Positions 1-11,677 of a stretch of DNA of 64,000 nt are shown piece by piece. The notes below the pieces were generated by a model. The model was not told where the DNA came from and did not search any database. It worked only from the letters and a program-made list of their open reading frames with translations. A program made the translations under genes and the position numbers. The DNA comes from Candidatus Kaiserbacteria bacterium (GTDB lineage: Bacteria > Patescibacteriota > Minisyncoccia > Phycocordibacterales > UBA2100), in NCBI GenBank assembly GCA_016217965.1, contig JACRFI010000016.1, positions 129,837 to 193,836 of the forward strand. Direction: 5' to 3'. How positions within the stretch are numbered: position 1 is the stretch's first letter; every line of letters begins with the position of its first letter.

Positions 1-159
1 GAAAGTGCGGCGCTTATTGCCCTTACAAATCAGAGCAACGACCAAGACCGTTTACAGCTTGAAAAATTGGGTACAGACGCATATGTCGTAAAAGCCAGCA
101 TGATACCTTCCGAGGTGGTTGAGATGGCAATAAAAGAAATAGCCAAGAAGAAGAAATAA
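1..159 (+). CDS. Response regulator receiver protein, C-terminal part (truncated by window edge)
   Basis: Frame 1 reads ...ALIALTNQSNDQDRLQLEKLGTDAYVVKASMIPSEVVEM..., with receiver-type LTN and AYxVK motifs; TAA at 157-159. Confidence 0.75.
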   Translation, partial: ESAALIALTNQSNDQDRLQLEKLGTDAYVVKASMIPSEVVEMAIKEIAKKKK

Positions 160-268
160 TTTTCAAGTCTCAATTTTGCAATTTTCAATCAATGTCTCAA
201 TGAATTAATTTTCAAACATTGGAACTTGGAACATTCATTGAAAATTGAGCATTGTACATTGAAAATTA
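157..268. repeat. Degenerate 7-8-mer tandem repeats forming an imperfect palindrome
   Basis: TTTTCAA-like units on the left arm and TTGAAAA/CATTG-like units on the right arm. Confidence 0.75.
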
Positions 269-330
269 TCCAATGGTGCAGCCTTGATTCTCCCAAAAGT
301 ACGTTACAATAAAGGGCAAGGGAAACCAGT

Positions 331-1398
331 ATGGCACTTGACTACGAATCCACTCTCAAAAAATATATTAACGTCGTCTTGCACGAAGGCGCCTCCGACC
401 TGCATTTCTCGACCGATGCGCACCCCACTATCCGCGTCGCTGGAAACCTCTCTCCAATGCTGAAAGAGCCGGTCCTTACCCACGAAGATACGGCGGGGTT
501 CGCGAAGGTACTGCTGACGGCTGAACAGCAAAAGAAATTCGCTGAAAAAAAGGAGATGGATTTCGCATACCAGGCAGAAGACGGCTCTCGCTTTCGAGGC
601 AACACTTTTTTCCAGAGGGGAGCCATCGGCATTGCACTCCGGCTTATACCAAAGGAAATCCGTTCGGTGCGTGACCTTAACTTGCCAGATGTCATCGAGT
701 CATTCGCACGGAAATCCCAGGGATTCTTTCTTGTTGTGGGGCCAGTGGGGCAGGGGAAGACGACCACACTTGCTGCACTCATCGATCTCATAAATACAGA
801 AAGGATGGAACATATTGTGACGATAGAGGACCCGATTGAGTACATTCATGCTCCCAAACAGTCGCTTGTGGACCAGCGCGAAGTGGGGCTCGATACGAAA
901 GATTTTGCTTCGGCGCTCATCTCTGCGTTCCGCGAAGATGTGGACGTTCTCTTGGTTGGAGAGATGCGGGGGCCCGAGACTATGTCCGCTGCTGTAACTG
1001 CTGCAGAGACCGGGCACCTTGTTTTTTCGACCCTCCACACGAATAACGCTGCTCAAACGCTAGACAGAATAATTGATACATTCCCTGCGAACCAGCAGGA
1101 CCAGATTCGGCTGCAGCTCGCAGCTTCCCTTGCGGGCATTTTTAGCCAGCGCCTTATTCCGCGTATTTCGGGAGGCCTCATACCTGCGTATGAGCTACTC
1201 ATAAACAACAAGGCTGTCGCGAATCTCATCAGAGAGAAGAGGACGCACGAAATAAATACCGTCATTGAAACGGCGTCTACTGAGGGAATGATAGACATGA
1301 ACCGATCGCTCGCCGAACTCGTTGGGAGAGGGGAGATAACCGTCGAGAGCGCGTACCAATATTCATTGAATCCGAATGTGCTGCAAAAGCTTCTTTAA
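331..1398 (+). CDS. pilT: Type IV pilus retraction ATPase PilT
   Basis: ASDLH, Walker A GPVGQGKTTT, TIEDPIE, AFREDVD..LVGEMR, AETGHLVFSTLH, IREK motif. Confidence 0.95.
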   Translation: MALDYESTLKKYINVVLHEGASDLHFSTDAHPTIRVAGNLSPMLKEPVLTHEDTAGFAKVLLTAEQQKKFAEKKEMDFAYQAEDGSRFRGNTFFQRGAIGIALRLIPKEIRSVRDLNLPDVIESFARKSQGFFLVVGPVGQGKTTTLAALIDLINTERMEHIVTIEDPIEYIHAPKQSLVDQREVGLDTKDFASALISAFREDVDVLLVGEMRGPETMSAAVTAAETGHLVFSTLHTNNAAQTLDRIIDTFPANQQDQIRLQLAASLAGIFSQRLIPRISGGLIPAYELLINNKAVANLIREKRTHEINTVIETASTEGMIDMNRSLAELVGRGEITVESAYQYSLNPNVLQKLL

Positions 1399-1404
1399 TA
1401 GACA

Positions 1405-2613
1405 ATGGCTATTTTTGCGTACAAAGCGATAGACCCGACCGGGGTTCAGAGGGAAGGCACGATTGATGCGGTGAATATTGACCTTGCCATAGGCGCAATT
1501 CAGCGGCGTGGCCTTGTTATTTCCTCGATAGAGCCAGTTGAAGATAAAGGGCGGCTCTCAAGTCGGCTTTCTATTTTCGACCGCATAAAGAACGCCGACA
1601 TCGTAATGGTCTCGAGGCAGATAACAACGCTTTTTGAGGCGCAAGTCTCGGCGCTCCGCGCATTCAGGCTTCTTGCATCTGAGGCTCGTACGCCAAAACT
1701 TGCCGAGAAATTAAGCGCAGTTGCGAATGACATCCAAGGTGGCTCCAGCATCTCATCTGCTCTCTCCAGGCAGTCAGACGTCTTTTCTCCTTTTTACGTG
1801 AACATGGTGAGGGCGGGGGAGGAGTCGGGAAAACTTGATGAGACATTCGCATTTCTTGCTGACTACCTCGACCGAAACTATGAGATAACGCAAAAAGCGA
1901 GAAATGCGCTCATATACCCCGCATTCATTTTCTTCACGTTCATTGTTGTCATGGTCTTGATGCTTACGCTGGTTATTCCAAGGCTTGCGTCAATGCTTGA
2001 GGAGGTCGGACAATCAGTGCCTATCTATACGCGCATTGTCGTAGCTATCAGCAGTTTTCTGTCAGACTATCTTCTCCTTCTGATCATATTGTTCGGCATT
2101 GCGTCCGTCTTTATGTACCGCTACGGAAAAAGCGAGCGAGGCATGCTGTTTCTCTCTCGTGCGCGCCTGCAAATACCTCATCTTGGCTCTATATACAAAA
2201 AACTTTTTCTGTCGCGTGTTTCTGACAACCTGTCCACGATGCTTAAAAGCGGTATCCAAGTGCTTCGCGGCCTTGAGATAACGTCTACTGTTGTCGATGA
2301 CCCGACATACCAAAGAGTTTTGGCAGAAGCTGCGAACGACGTGAAGGCAGGGCTTCCGATGTCAGAAGCTTTCCGGAAGCATCCCGAAATGCCGGGCATT
2401 GTTGTCGCAATGATTAAAATAGGCGAGGAAACAGGCAACATGGGGATGATATTGGAAACAATGGCACGTTTTTATCGGCGCGAGGTGAACAATGCCATAG
2501 ATACTTTGGTTTCTCTCATCGAGCCGATTATGATTGTTGTGCTAGCTCTCGGCGTTGCCATTCTTCTCGCATCTGTCTTGGTCCCGATCTACAACCTAGC
2601 TTCCGGTCTCTAA
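1405..2613 (+). CDS. pilC: Type IV pilus platform protein PilC (T2SS F family)
   Basis: Two GspF repeats (AGEESGKLD, IGEETGNM), ALIYP, LIEP, transmembrane segments. Confidence 0.93.
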   Translation: MAIFAYKAIDPTGVQREGTIDAVNIDLAIGAIQRRGLVISSIEPVEDKGRLSSRLSIFDRIKNADIVMVSRQITTLFEAQVSALRAFRLLASEARTPKLAEKLSAVANDIQGGSSISSALSRQSDVFSPFYVNMVRAGEESGKLDETFAFLADYLDRNYEITQKARNALIYPAFIFFTFIVVMVLMLTLVIPRLASMLEEVGQSVPIYTRIVVAISSFLSDYLLLLIILFGIASVFMYRYGKSERGMLFLSRARLQIPHLGSIYKKLFLSRVSDNLSTMLKSGIQVLRGLEITSTVVDDPTYQRVLAEAANDVKAGLPMSEAFRKHPEMPGIVVAMIKIGEETGNMGMILETMARFYRREVNNAIDTLVSLIEPIMIVVLALGVAILLASVLVPIYNLASGL

Positions 2614-2693
2614 CGAAAGGCTATCCACAGGTTTAGGCCGTGATCCTGCTTTATTCCGTATAATTGACAGGAAGCGCAGAGCCCGCGATTTTT

Positions 2694-3170
2694 ATGATAT
2701 TTAGACGAGACGAGAAAGGCTTTACGCTTATCGAGCTTCTCGTCGTTATTGCAGTCATAGGACTCCTCTCGTCTGTCATCCTTGCATCCCTTAATAACGC
2801 GCGAAAAAAAGGCAGGGATACGAGGCGTATTGAGGATCTGCGGCAGATTGGGAATGAAATAGCAATTCTCGACACTGGCGGTGCTGCAACGGCGTTTGTC
2901 GGCTGCACTGCCGCAGGCGCCAGGGTCACGAGCTGCACGACTCCCGACCTTAGCGCATATGACGACCCATCGGGAGCCACGACCGCATGTACGACGGGAG
3001 CAACTGCTGCATGTGACTATGCGATAGGAAAAAATGCGCTCTCCGTAGCGAATCCTGATTCGCAGAATTGGGAAGTGTGCGCATATCTTGAGATAGGAGT
3101 CGGGCCCAGAACTACGCCCGGCATGATCCACATTGATGCAAACGGTAGCGTCCGCTCCGGTTGCAATTAG
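2694..3170 (+). CDS. Type IV pilin
   Basis: KG|FTLIELLVVIAVIGLL class III signal; ATG at 2694 preferred to the TTG at 2664; TATAAT at 2659-2664. Confidence 0.9.
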   Translation: MIFRRDEKGFTLIELLVVIAVIGLLSSVILASLNNARKKGRDTRRIEDLRQIGNEIAILDTGGAATAFVGCTAAGARVTSCTTPDLSAYDDPSGATTACTTGATAACDYAIGKNALSVANPDSQNWEVCAYLEIGVGPRTTPGMIHIDANGSVRSGCN

Positions 3171-3204
3171 CCATTATTAGCAGCATTAGTAATAATTTTT
3201 TCTT

Positions 3205-3699
3205 ATGAAAAAAAATTCGAGAGGATTCACTCTCATCGAGCTCTTGGTCGTCATCGCGATCATCGGCATTCTTTCGTCGGTGGTCTTGGCATCCTTGAAC
3301 AGCGCCAGAAAGAAAGGGCGAGACGCGCGCCGTATTGCTGACATGAAGCAATTACAGCTTGCGCTTGAGCTCTACTACGACTCGCAGCAATCCTACCCGG
3401 CGACCGCGGCAGGCGGTGTGGCAGGAGGTACCATGGGGTTGGACGCGCTTGTTACGGGCCAGTTCATTTCTCAGATCCCAAGTGATCCGACGAACAGCGG
3501 TTCGTACGTCTATTCGTACGCTTCAGCTGACGGTGCAGGTGCTGGCTGTACCGCGACACCATGTTCGAGCTATGTCATCAAAGGCGTCATCGAAGGAGGA
3601 TCAACAGCTGTTCCTCTTGGCGATGTAGATGGCGCATGGGCGGGTATCACGGGCGGTGCGACTGCGTGTGATGATCCTTCGTACTGTGTGAAGCCGTAA
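3205..3699 (+). CDS. Type IV pilin (likely major pilin)
   Basis: RG|FTLIELLVVIAIIGIL, ARKKGRDARR, C-terminal Cys pairs; followed by a terminator. Confidence 0.92.
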   Translation: MKKNSRGFTLIELLVVIAIIGILSSVVLASLNSARKKGRDARRIADMKQLQLALELYYDSQQSYPATAAGGVAGGTMGLDALVTGQFISQIPSDPTNSGSYVYSYASADGAGAGCTATPCSSYVIKGVIEGGSTAVPLGDVDGAWAGITGGATACDDPSYCVKP

Positions 3700-3726
3700 G
3701 GTTTCGAAGGAATCGGGTCTAGCGAT

Positions 3727-3756
3727 AAAACTCCCGCCAATCTGGCGGGAGTTTTT
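3727..3756 (+). terminator. Intrinsic terminator
   Basis: AAAACTCCCGCCA-ATC-TGGCGGGAGTTTT perfect inverted repeat ending in a T run. Confidence 0.85.
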
Positions 3757-3774
3757 CATGCGATAATTACACGA

Positions 3775-4584
3775 ATGGAAATGCTCGCGTTCGCAATTTT
3801 CGGCCTTATCATCGGCAGTTTTCTTAACGTTTTAATACTGAGGGAGGGGAGCGAGCAATCTATTCTCGGCCGCAGCAGTTGCCCATCGTGCGGCAGGTTA
3901 CTTCTGTGGTTCGAGCTTGTTCCCGTTCTTTCATTCCTCGTGCTGCGAGGGAAATGTAGAACATGCAAGTCGCGCATTTCACTTCAGTACATAACGGTCG
4001 AGATACTAACGGCTGTGTTGTTTGTGCTTGTTGGCGGCGCGGGACTCGGTGCGCTTGAGACAGCGCTCGGGCTCGGCATCGTATCGCTATTCATCGCGAT
4101 ATGTGTGTACGATATCTATCATACGCTCATACCGGATGCGTGGAGCTATCTTGCAGCATTCCTCTCACTTCTCTATGCGCTGTCCATATCAGATGCCTCA
4201 CTGGTATGGATCCTTTCCTCTGGGCCACTGGTCGCGCTGCCGCTTTTCGCGATGTGGCTCATATCTAAAGGACGGTGGATGGGGCTCGGGGATGCAAAGT
4301 TAGCGCTCTCATTGGGTTGGCTTCTCGGCCTTGCACAAGGCATGTTCGCACTCTTAGGTGCGTTCATACTCGGAAGCATTGTGAGTATTTTTATATTGCT
4401 CCCACTCCAGACCATCTTGGAACGCGCGAAGGGGATAGGGATAACTGTGTTGAACCCCCATGATCGGCGTTTTACAATGCAAAGCGAGGTTCCGTTCGGT
4501 CCCTTTCTCATCGCAAGTTGCCTTTTTCTATGGTTTTTACACGTCTACGGATACGATCCCGCAATGTACCTTTTCGGATTTTGA
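3775..4584 (+). CDS. pilD: Prepilin peptidase
   Basis: GSFLNV, CPSC/CRTC zinc motifs, YDIYH..IPD, MGLGDAKL, VPFGPF. Confidence 0.93.
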   Translation: MEMLAFAIFGLIIGSFLNVLILREGSEQSILGRSSCPSCGRLLLWFELVPVLSFLVLRGKCRTCKSRISLQYITVEILTAVLFVLVGGAGLGALETALGLGIVSLFIAICVYDIYHTLIPDAWSYLAAFLSLLYALSISDASLVWILSSGPLVALPLFAMWLISKGRWMGLGDAKLALSLGWLLGLAQGMFALLGAFILGSIVSIFILLPLQTILERAKGIGITVLNPHDRRFTMQSEVPFGPFLIASCLFLWFLHVYGYDPAMYLFGF

Positions 4585-5144
4585 AAAAAAATGTTGCTGA
4601 GAGGGGGTATACCCTCATTGAGCTTCTCATCGTCACGGGCATTTTCGTTATTGTGTCCGGGGTAGTGCTTGCGAACAACGCTCGCTTTGGCGGCATGATA
4701 ACGCTGGAGAATTTTGCATACGATGTTGCGCTTTCCATCCGCCAGGCGCAAGTATATTCGATAGCAGTGCAGCGCGTTGGTTCGAATGATTATGGCAGCG
4801 CATATGGCATGCATTTTGACATCGGAAGTTCCGCCACATACGAGCTCTTTGCTGACACGGTCACAGTAAACGGACTCTATGATCCCGGAGAGCTTTTGCA
4901 GGTCACGAATATGAATGGCGGGTATCGAGTCTCTAGCCTTTGTGTTCGGGCTTCGGGGGCTGCTACTGAAACATGTGGGCTCTCGCGCCTTGATGTCACG
5001 TTCAAGCGTCCCGAACCGGATGCATATATACGCTCAGACGGGGTTACGACACTGCACGAAGCAGGCCGCGTTGTTGTCATATCTCCTCGCGGAGAGACTG
5101 CGGACATTGTTATTGAGTCTACGGGGCAAATATCCATCCAGTGA
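4581..5144 (+). CDS. Minor pilin
   Basis: RG|YTLIELLIV; TTG start overlapping the pilD stop preferred. Confidence 0.85.
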   Translation: MKKNVAERGYTLIELLIVTGIFVIVSGVVLANNARFGGMITLENFAYDVALSIRQAQVYSIAVQRVGSNDYGSAYGMHFDIGSSATYELFADTVTVNGLYDPGELLQVTNMNGGYRVSSLCVRASGAATETCGLSRLDVTFKRPEPDAYIRSDGVTTLHEAGRVVVISPRGETADIVIESTGQISIQ

Positions 5145-5145
5145 T

Positions 5146-5802
5146 ATGAAAAACAGGTTACAGGTTCTAGGTTCTAGCTTTCAGAAAAAATGCAGAAATG
5201 CCGTTTCGCATTTCCTAACGCCTAGCACCTATGACCTAAAACCTAACTCCCGTGGCTTTTCTCTCATTGAAATGATTGTGGCGGTGGGGCTTTTTGCGAT
5301 CGTGATGCTTGTTTCAGTCGCTGCGCTTCTTGCGCTCGTGGACGCGAACCGGAAGGCGAGAGCACTGGAGTCTGTCATGAACAATCTCAACATCGCGCTC
5401 GACGGCATGGTGCGCTCTGTCCGTATGGGCAACACATATCATTGCGGGGGAGGGACCATCACTTTACCGCTAGATTGTTCGACAACGCCCGGGACATCGA
5501 TAGCATTTGAGCCGTACGGCGGTTCGCCTAACGATCCGAATAACCAATGGGTCTATTCGTACGACTCTACAACGAAGCGGCTCTACAGGTCGGAAGACAG
5601 CGGCGGCCATCGTTTTCCTGTTACAGCTCCTGAGATCGTCATCGACGATATTAAATTTTATGTGGTTGGAACCACTGCCGGGGACATAGTGCAGCCAAAA
5701 ATAGTGATAATTATCAAAGGGACCGCAGGTGCGGATAAGGTAAAGACAAGGACGACGTTCTCTATACAAGCGACCGCGGTGCAGAGAGTACTGGATATAT
5801 GA
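5146..5802 (+). CDS. Minor pilin (PilW-like) with extended leader
   Basis: RG|FSLIEMIVAVG; ATG at 5146, just after the upstream stop. Confidence 0.85.
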   Translation: MKNRLQVLGSSFQKKCRNAVSHFLTPSTYDLKPNSRGFSLIEMIVAVGLFAIVMLVSVAALLALVDANRKARALESVMNNLNIALDGMVRSVRMGNTYHCGGGTITLPLDCSTTPGTSIAFEPYGGSPNDPNNQWVYSYDSTTKRLYRSEDSGGHRFPVTAPEIVIDDIKFYVVGTTAGDIVQPKIVIIIKGTAGADKVKTRTTFSIQATAVQRVLDI

Positions 5803-6455
5803 TGAAAAAGGTACTAGGTACTAGGTGTCAGGTGTTAGGGAAGATCAAATCGCCTCGCTTTTTCTATAACCTAAAACCTAAAACCCATAACCTCTCCCGA
5901 GGCTTCACTCTTCTCGAGACGCTTGTAGCGGTCACACTGCTTGCGGTTTCCATTGTTGCGCCGATGTCGCTTGCCTCCCGATCGCTTGCGAGCGCATTTT
6001 ATGCGCGCGACCAGGTCACGGCGTTCCATCTGGCACAAGAAGCTATCGAATCGGTTCGTGCGGTGCGAGACGGCAACGTTCTTCGCAATGCACTTGGGAC
6101 ACAGACCGATATTCTCGCTGGCATACCCATCGGGACTCCGTTCACTGTGGATACAAGGCTTCCTGTTTCCGATCCAGATTACATTGATGAGAGCGCCTGT
6201 GTTCTGGGGACATGTCCGCCGCTTGAAGTGAATGCCAGCCTTGGGCTCTATGGCTATGGGCATGGTGTGTCCGGCTGGGCTGTAACGCGTTTTACAAGGA
6301 CTGCATCAACGACGGTAGTCCGGAGCGACGGGGATGTTCCGCAAGAGATATTGATAGCGGTTACCGTGACCTGGAAAACGGGGGTATTCAACACACGTTC
6401 ATTCACCATATCTGAAAACATGTATCGCTGGCTGAACGATGGAACAACGATATGA
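5799..6455 (+). CDS. Minor pilin (PilV-like) with extended leader
   Basis: RG|FTLLETLVAV; ATGA overlap with neighbours. Confidence 0.85.
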   Translation: MMKKVLGTRCQVLGKIKSPRFFYNLKPKTHNLSRGFTLLETLVAVTLLAVSIVAPMSLASRSLASAFYARDQVTAFHLAQEAIESVRAVRDGNVLRNALGTQTDILAGIPIGTPFTVDTRLPVSDPDYIDESACVLGTCPPLEVNASLGLYGYGHGVSGWAVTRFTRTASTTVVRSDGDVPQEILIAVTVTWKTGVFNTRSFTISENMYRWLNDGTTI

Positions 6456-6937
6456 AAAATAATTTTCAATTTTCAATTTTCGATTTTCAAAAAACAGAGA
6501 GGGGATTTACGCTGCTCCTTGCCGCGTTGGTGGCTTCGCTCGTGCTCTCCATCGGGCTTGCTATCGTTTCAATAGCAAGGAAGAGCGTTAACCTCTCGTC
6601 CATAGGCCGCGATTCACAATTTGCGTTCTATACGGCGGATACAGCATCGGAATGCGCGTTGTATTGGGATATTCGCTATGGCAGATTTCCTACAACGACG
6701 CCTGCTGCTGAAACAGAGGTTACGTGCGACGGCGAAACAGAGACGCTAGCGGTGAGCGGGTCAGACCCGGTCATATCTACGTTTGAGTACGAGCCAAACG
6801 GCAGATGCGCGCAAGTCACCGTGACAAAGAGCACTACAAATCCGCGCACACTCATTCGCGCAGATGGCTATAGCATGGATTGTGCCGCAATAGCGACGAA
6901 CCCGCGCACGCTGCAGCGTTCGGTCGAGATTAGGTAC

Positions 6938-6940
<3 letters not shown>
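6452..6940 (+). CDS. Minor pilin, PilX-like (no Glu5)
   Basis: RG|FTLLLAALV lacking E5; AFYTADT segment typical of the PilX N-terminus. Confidence 0.8.
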
Positions 6941-9347
<2,407 letters not shown>

Positions 9348-9349
9348 AC

Positions 9350-10762
9350 ATGGACCTCTCCTCTTTAACCATTGCAGCTGCAAGGAAAGCACTTGATGCC
9401 AAAGATTTTTCCTCGCTTGAACTTACGAATGCGTATGTGCAAAATATTGCCGCGCGCGACAAAGAGATACATGCATATCTGGAAGTTTGGGAAGATTCTG
9501 CGCGGGCCGAAGCGAAAGCCGCAGACGAACGCATTGCAAAAGGGGACGCAAAGCCTCTGACGGGAATTCCTCTTGCGATAAAAGACAACATCCTCATCAA
9601 GGGGCGTGTCGCGAGCTCAGCGTCTAAGATACTTGAAAACTACCGCGCCTCATATGACGCAACTGTCATTACAAAGTTGAAAGAACAAGGTGCAGTTTTT
9701 CTTGGGCGCACGAACATGGATGAATTCGCCATGGGAAGCTCGACAGAGAACTCCGCGTTTGGCCCGACGCGCAATCCGGCAGACACATCGCGCGTGCCTG
9801 GGGGTTCGTCTGGAGGCTCCGCGGCCGCGGTTTCAGGAAGTATGGCGCTTGCAGCGCTGGGCAGTGACACGGGCGGTTCTATTCGCCAACCTGCGTCGCA
9901 CTGCGGCATTGTGGGGCTGAAGACGACATATGGTTCTGTGTCTCGTTTTGGGCTCATGCCAATGGGTTCGTCGCTGGATCAGATAGGTCCTTTAACAAGA
10001 ACTGTTGAGGATGCGCGCATCCTTTTTGATGCGATCCGCGGGAACGACACGTACGATAGCACATCTCTCCCTGACTATCCGCTCAAGGAAAAAGGAAAGG
10101 TAGTTGGTGTGCCGCGCGCGTTCATGAAAGAGGGTGTCGATGATGGAGTTAAGAGCGTTTTTGAAAAGACACTCGAGGCATTGGTAAAAGGTGGCTACGA
10201 AGTGAGAGACGTCGACATGCCGAATCTTCCATACGCGCTTCCTGTGTATTACATCATCTGCCCCGCGGAAGTTTCTACCAACCTCGCGCGGTACGATGGC
10301 ATTCGATATGGCCTATCGTCTCCGGCGGATACGATACATGAGGTATATACGAAAACACGAGGGATCGGGTTCGGCCCGGAAGTGAGGCGCCGAATTCTTA
10401 TCGGTACGTTCGTTCTTTCTTCGGGGTATGCCGATGCATACTATCGCAAGGCTCGCGACGTGAGGAATCTTATTCGTGCGGATTTCGAGAGAGCATTTGA
10501 TTCTGTCGATGCCATCGCGCTTCCTACCGCACCTGGCCCTGCCTTCAAAATAGGGGAGAAGACGAATGATCCTCTTGCGATGTATCTCGAAGATATTTTC
10601 AGTGTAACGCCGAATCTCGCCGGCGTTCCGGCGATATCCGTTCCCGCTGGTTCTGTAGAGCGAGATGACAAAGAACTTCCGGTCGGATTTCAGCTCGTAG
10701 GGCCGATGCGTGGGGAAGGGACGTTGTTCACAATCGCCAAAGATATAGAAAAATCACGGTAG
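9350..10762 (+). CDS. gatA: Asp/Glu-tRNA amidotransferase subunit A
   Basis: Amidase signature GGSSGGSAAAV, GSDTGGSIRQPA, RYDGIRYG, EVRRRI. Confidence 0.97.
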   Translation: MDLSSLTIAAARKALDAKDFSSLELTNAYVQNIAARDKEIHAYLEVWEDSARAEAKAADERIAKGDAKPLTGIPLAIKDNILIKGRVASSASKILENYRASYDATVITKLKEQGAVFLGRTNMDEFAMGSSTENSAFGPTRNPADTSRVPGGSSGGSAAAVSGSMALAALGSDTGGSIRQPASHCGIVGLKTTYGSVSRFGLMPMGSSLDQIGPLTRTVEDARILFDAIRGNDTYDSTSLPDYPLKEKGKVVGVPRAFMKEGVDDGVKSVFEKTLEALVKGGYEVRDVDMPNLPYALPVYYIICPAEVSTNLARYDGIRYGLSSPADTIHEVYTKTRGIGFGPEVRRRILIGTFVLSSGYADAYYRKARDVRNLIRADFERAFDSVDAIALPTAPGPAFKIGEKTNDPLAMYLEDIFSVTPNLAGVPAISVPAGSVERDDKELPVGFQLVGPMRGEGTLFTIAKDIEKSR

Positions 10763-10771
10763 AATGGCGTA

Positions 10772-11485
10772 ATGCTCAGCGTCGTGTTCTTCATTGTTGG
10801 AGCGATCATCGTGGCTCTTGCGTACCCCCCAGTGTGGCATTTCTTCCAAGGTGTATCGAACACCTATTTTTGGGACATTACTCCGCTTCCTACCAATCCT
10901 CCGGCATACGAATATCCGTATGATGCGGCCCTGTATGATGCGCCTTCTCCCGCGGCGATGACGGCACTAGAGGAGATAAAAACTGGTTGGTCAGTCGGGA
11001 CCGTTCTCGATTTTTGGGGCCAACTGTTTCCGCTTGCCATATTTCTCTCTCTCCTCCTAGGGACGGCGATTATTTACTGCGTCATACGTATTCTGCAGAT
11101 ACGCCGCATCGAGAGGGAGGCAATGGCGGCTGCCGCGCATCCCGTTGCCGCGAAAGATGTTGCTCGCACCCAACTGCGCTGGCGCCGCATCGAAGAGCAG
11201 ATGCATGCCGACGATCCAGAGAAGTGGCGCTTGGCGATCATGGAGTCCGACATCATGCTCAACGATCTTTTAGATGTGCTTGGTTACAAAGGAGAGACGA
11301 TGGCAGAGAAAATGAAGCAAGTGCCCATTGAAGCATTCAACTCCATAGATTTTGCGTGGGAAGCCCACAAGATACGAAATCGTATCGTGCACGAGGAAGG
11401 AGCGTTCACGCTGGATGCACGCGAAGCCCGCCGCGTGATACGCATGTACGAGCGAGTGTTCAAAGAATTTAAATATATTGAGTGA
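10772..11485 (+). CDS. Hypothetical membrane protein
   Basis: Two hydrophobic segments plus a helical C-terminal domain (W.LAIMESD, AWEAHKIRN.IVH); TAGAAT -10 just upstream. Confidence 0.75.
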   Translation: MLSVVFFIVGAIIVALAYPPVWHFFQGVSNTYFWDITPLPTNPPAYEYPYDAALYDAPSPAAMTALEEIKTGWSVGTVLDFWGQLFPLAIFLSLLLGTAIIYCVIRILQIRRIEREAMAAAAHPVAAKDVARTQLRWRRIEEQMHADDPEKWRLAIMESDIMLNDLLDVLGYKGETMAEKMKQVPIEAFNSIDFAWEAHKIRNRIVHEEGAFTLDAREARRVIRMYERVFKEFKYIE

Positions 11486-11528
11486 GCGCCGCTTGCTGGA
11501 GGTGATGTATTCGCGTATCATCACGCGT

Positions 11529-11600
11529 AGCGGGGTGGAGCAGTAGTAGCTCGCAAGGCTCATAACCTTGAGGTCGCGGGTGCAAGTCCCGCCCCCGCAA
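11529..11600 (+). tRNA. tRNA-fMet (CAT), initiator type
   Basis: Cloverleaf with 1:72 mismatch (A:A); anticodon arm CAAGG-CT CAT AA-CCTTG; no encoded CCA. Confidence 0.9.
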
Positions 11601-11677
11601 CAAGCGAGATGTATAGAAAATAGGACGTGGTTGGCATCAGAAAGCTGATGAAGTTTTGACTGATATACTTCTAACGT

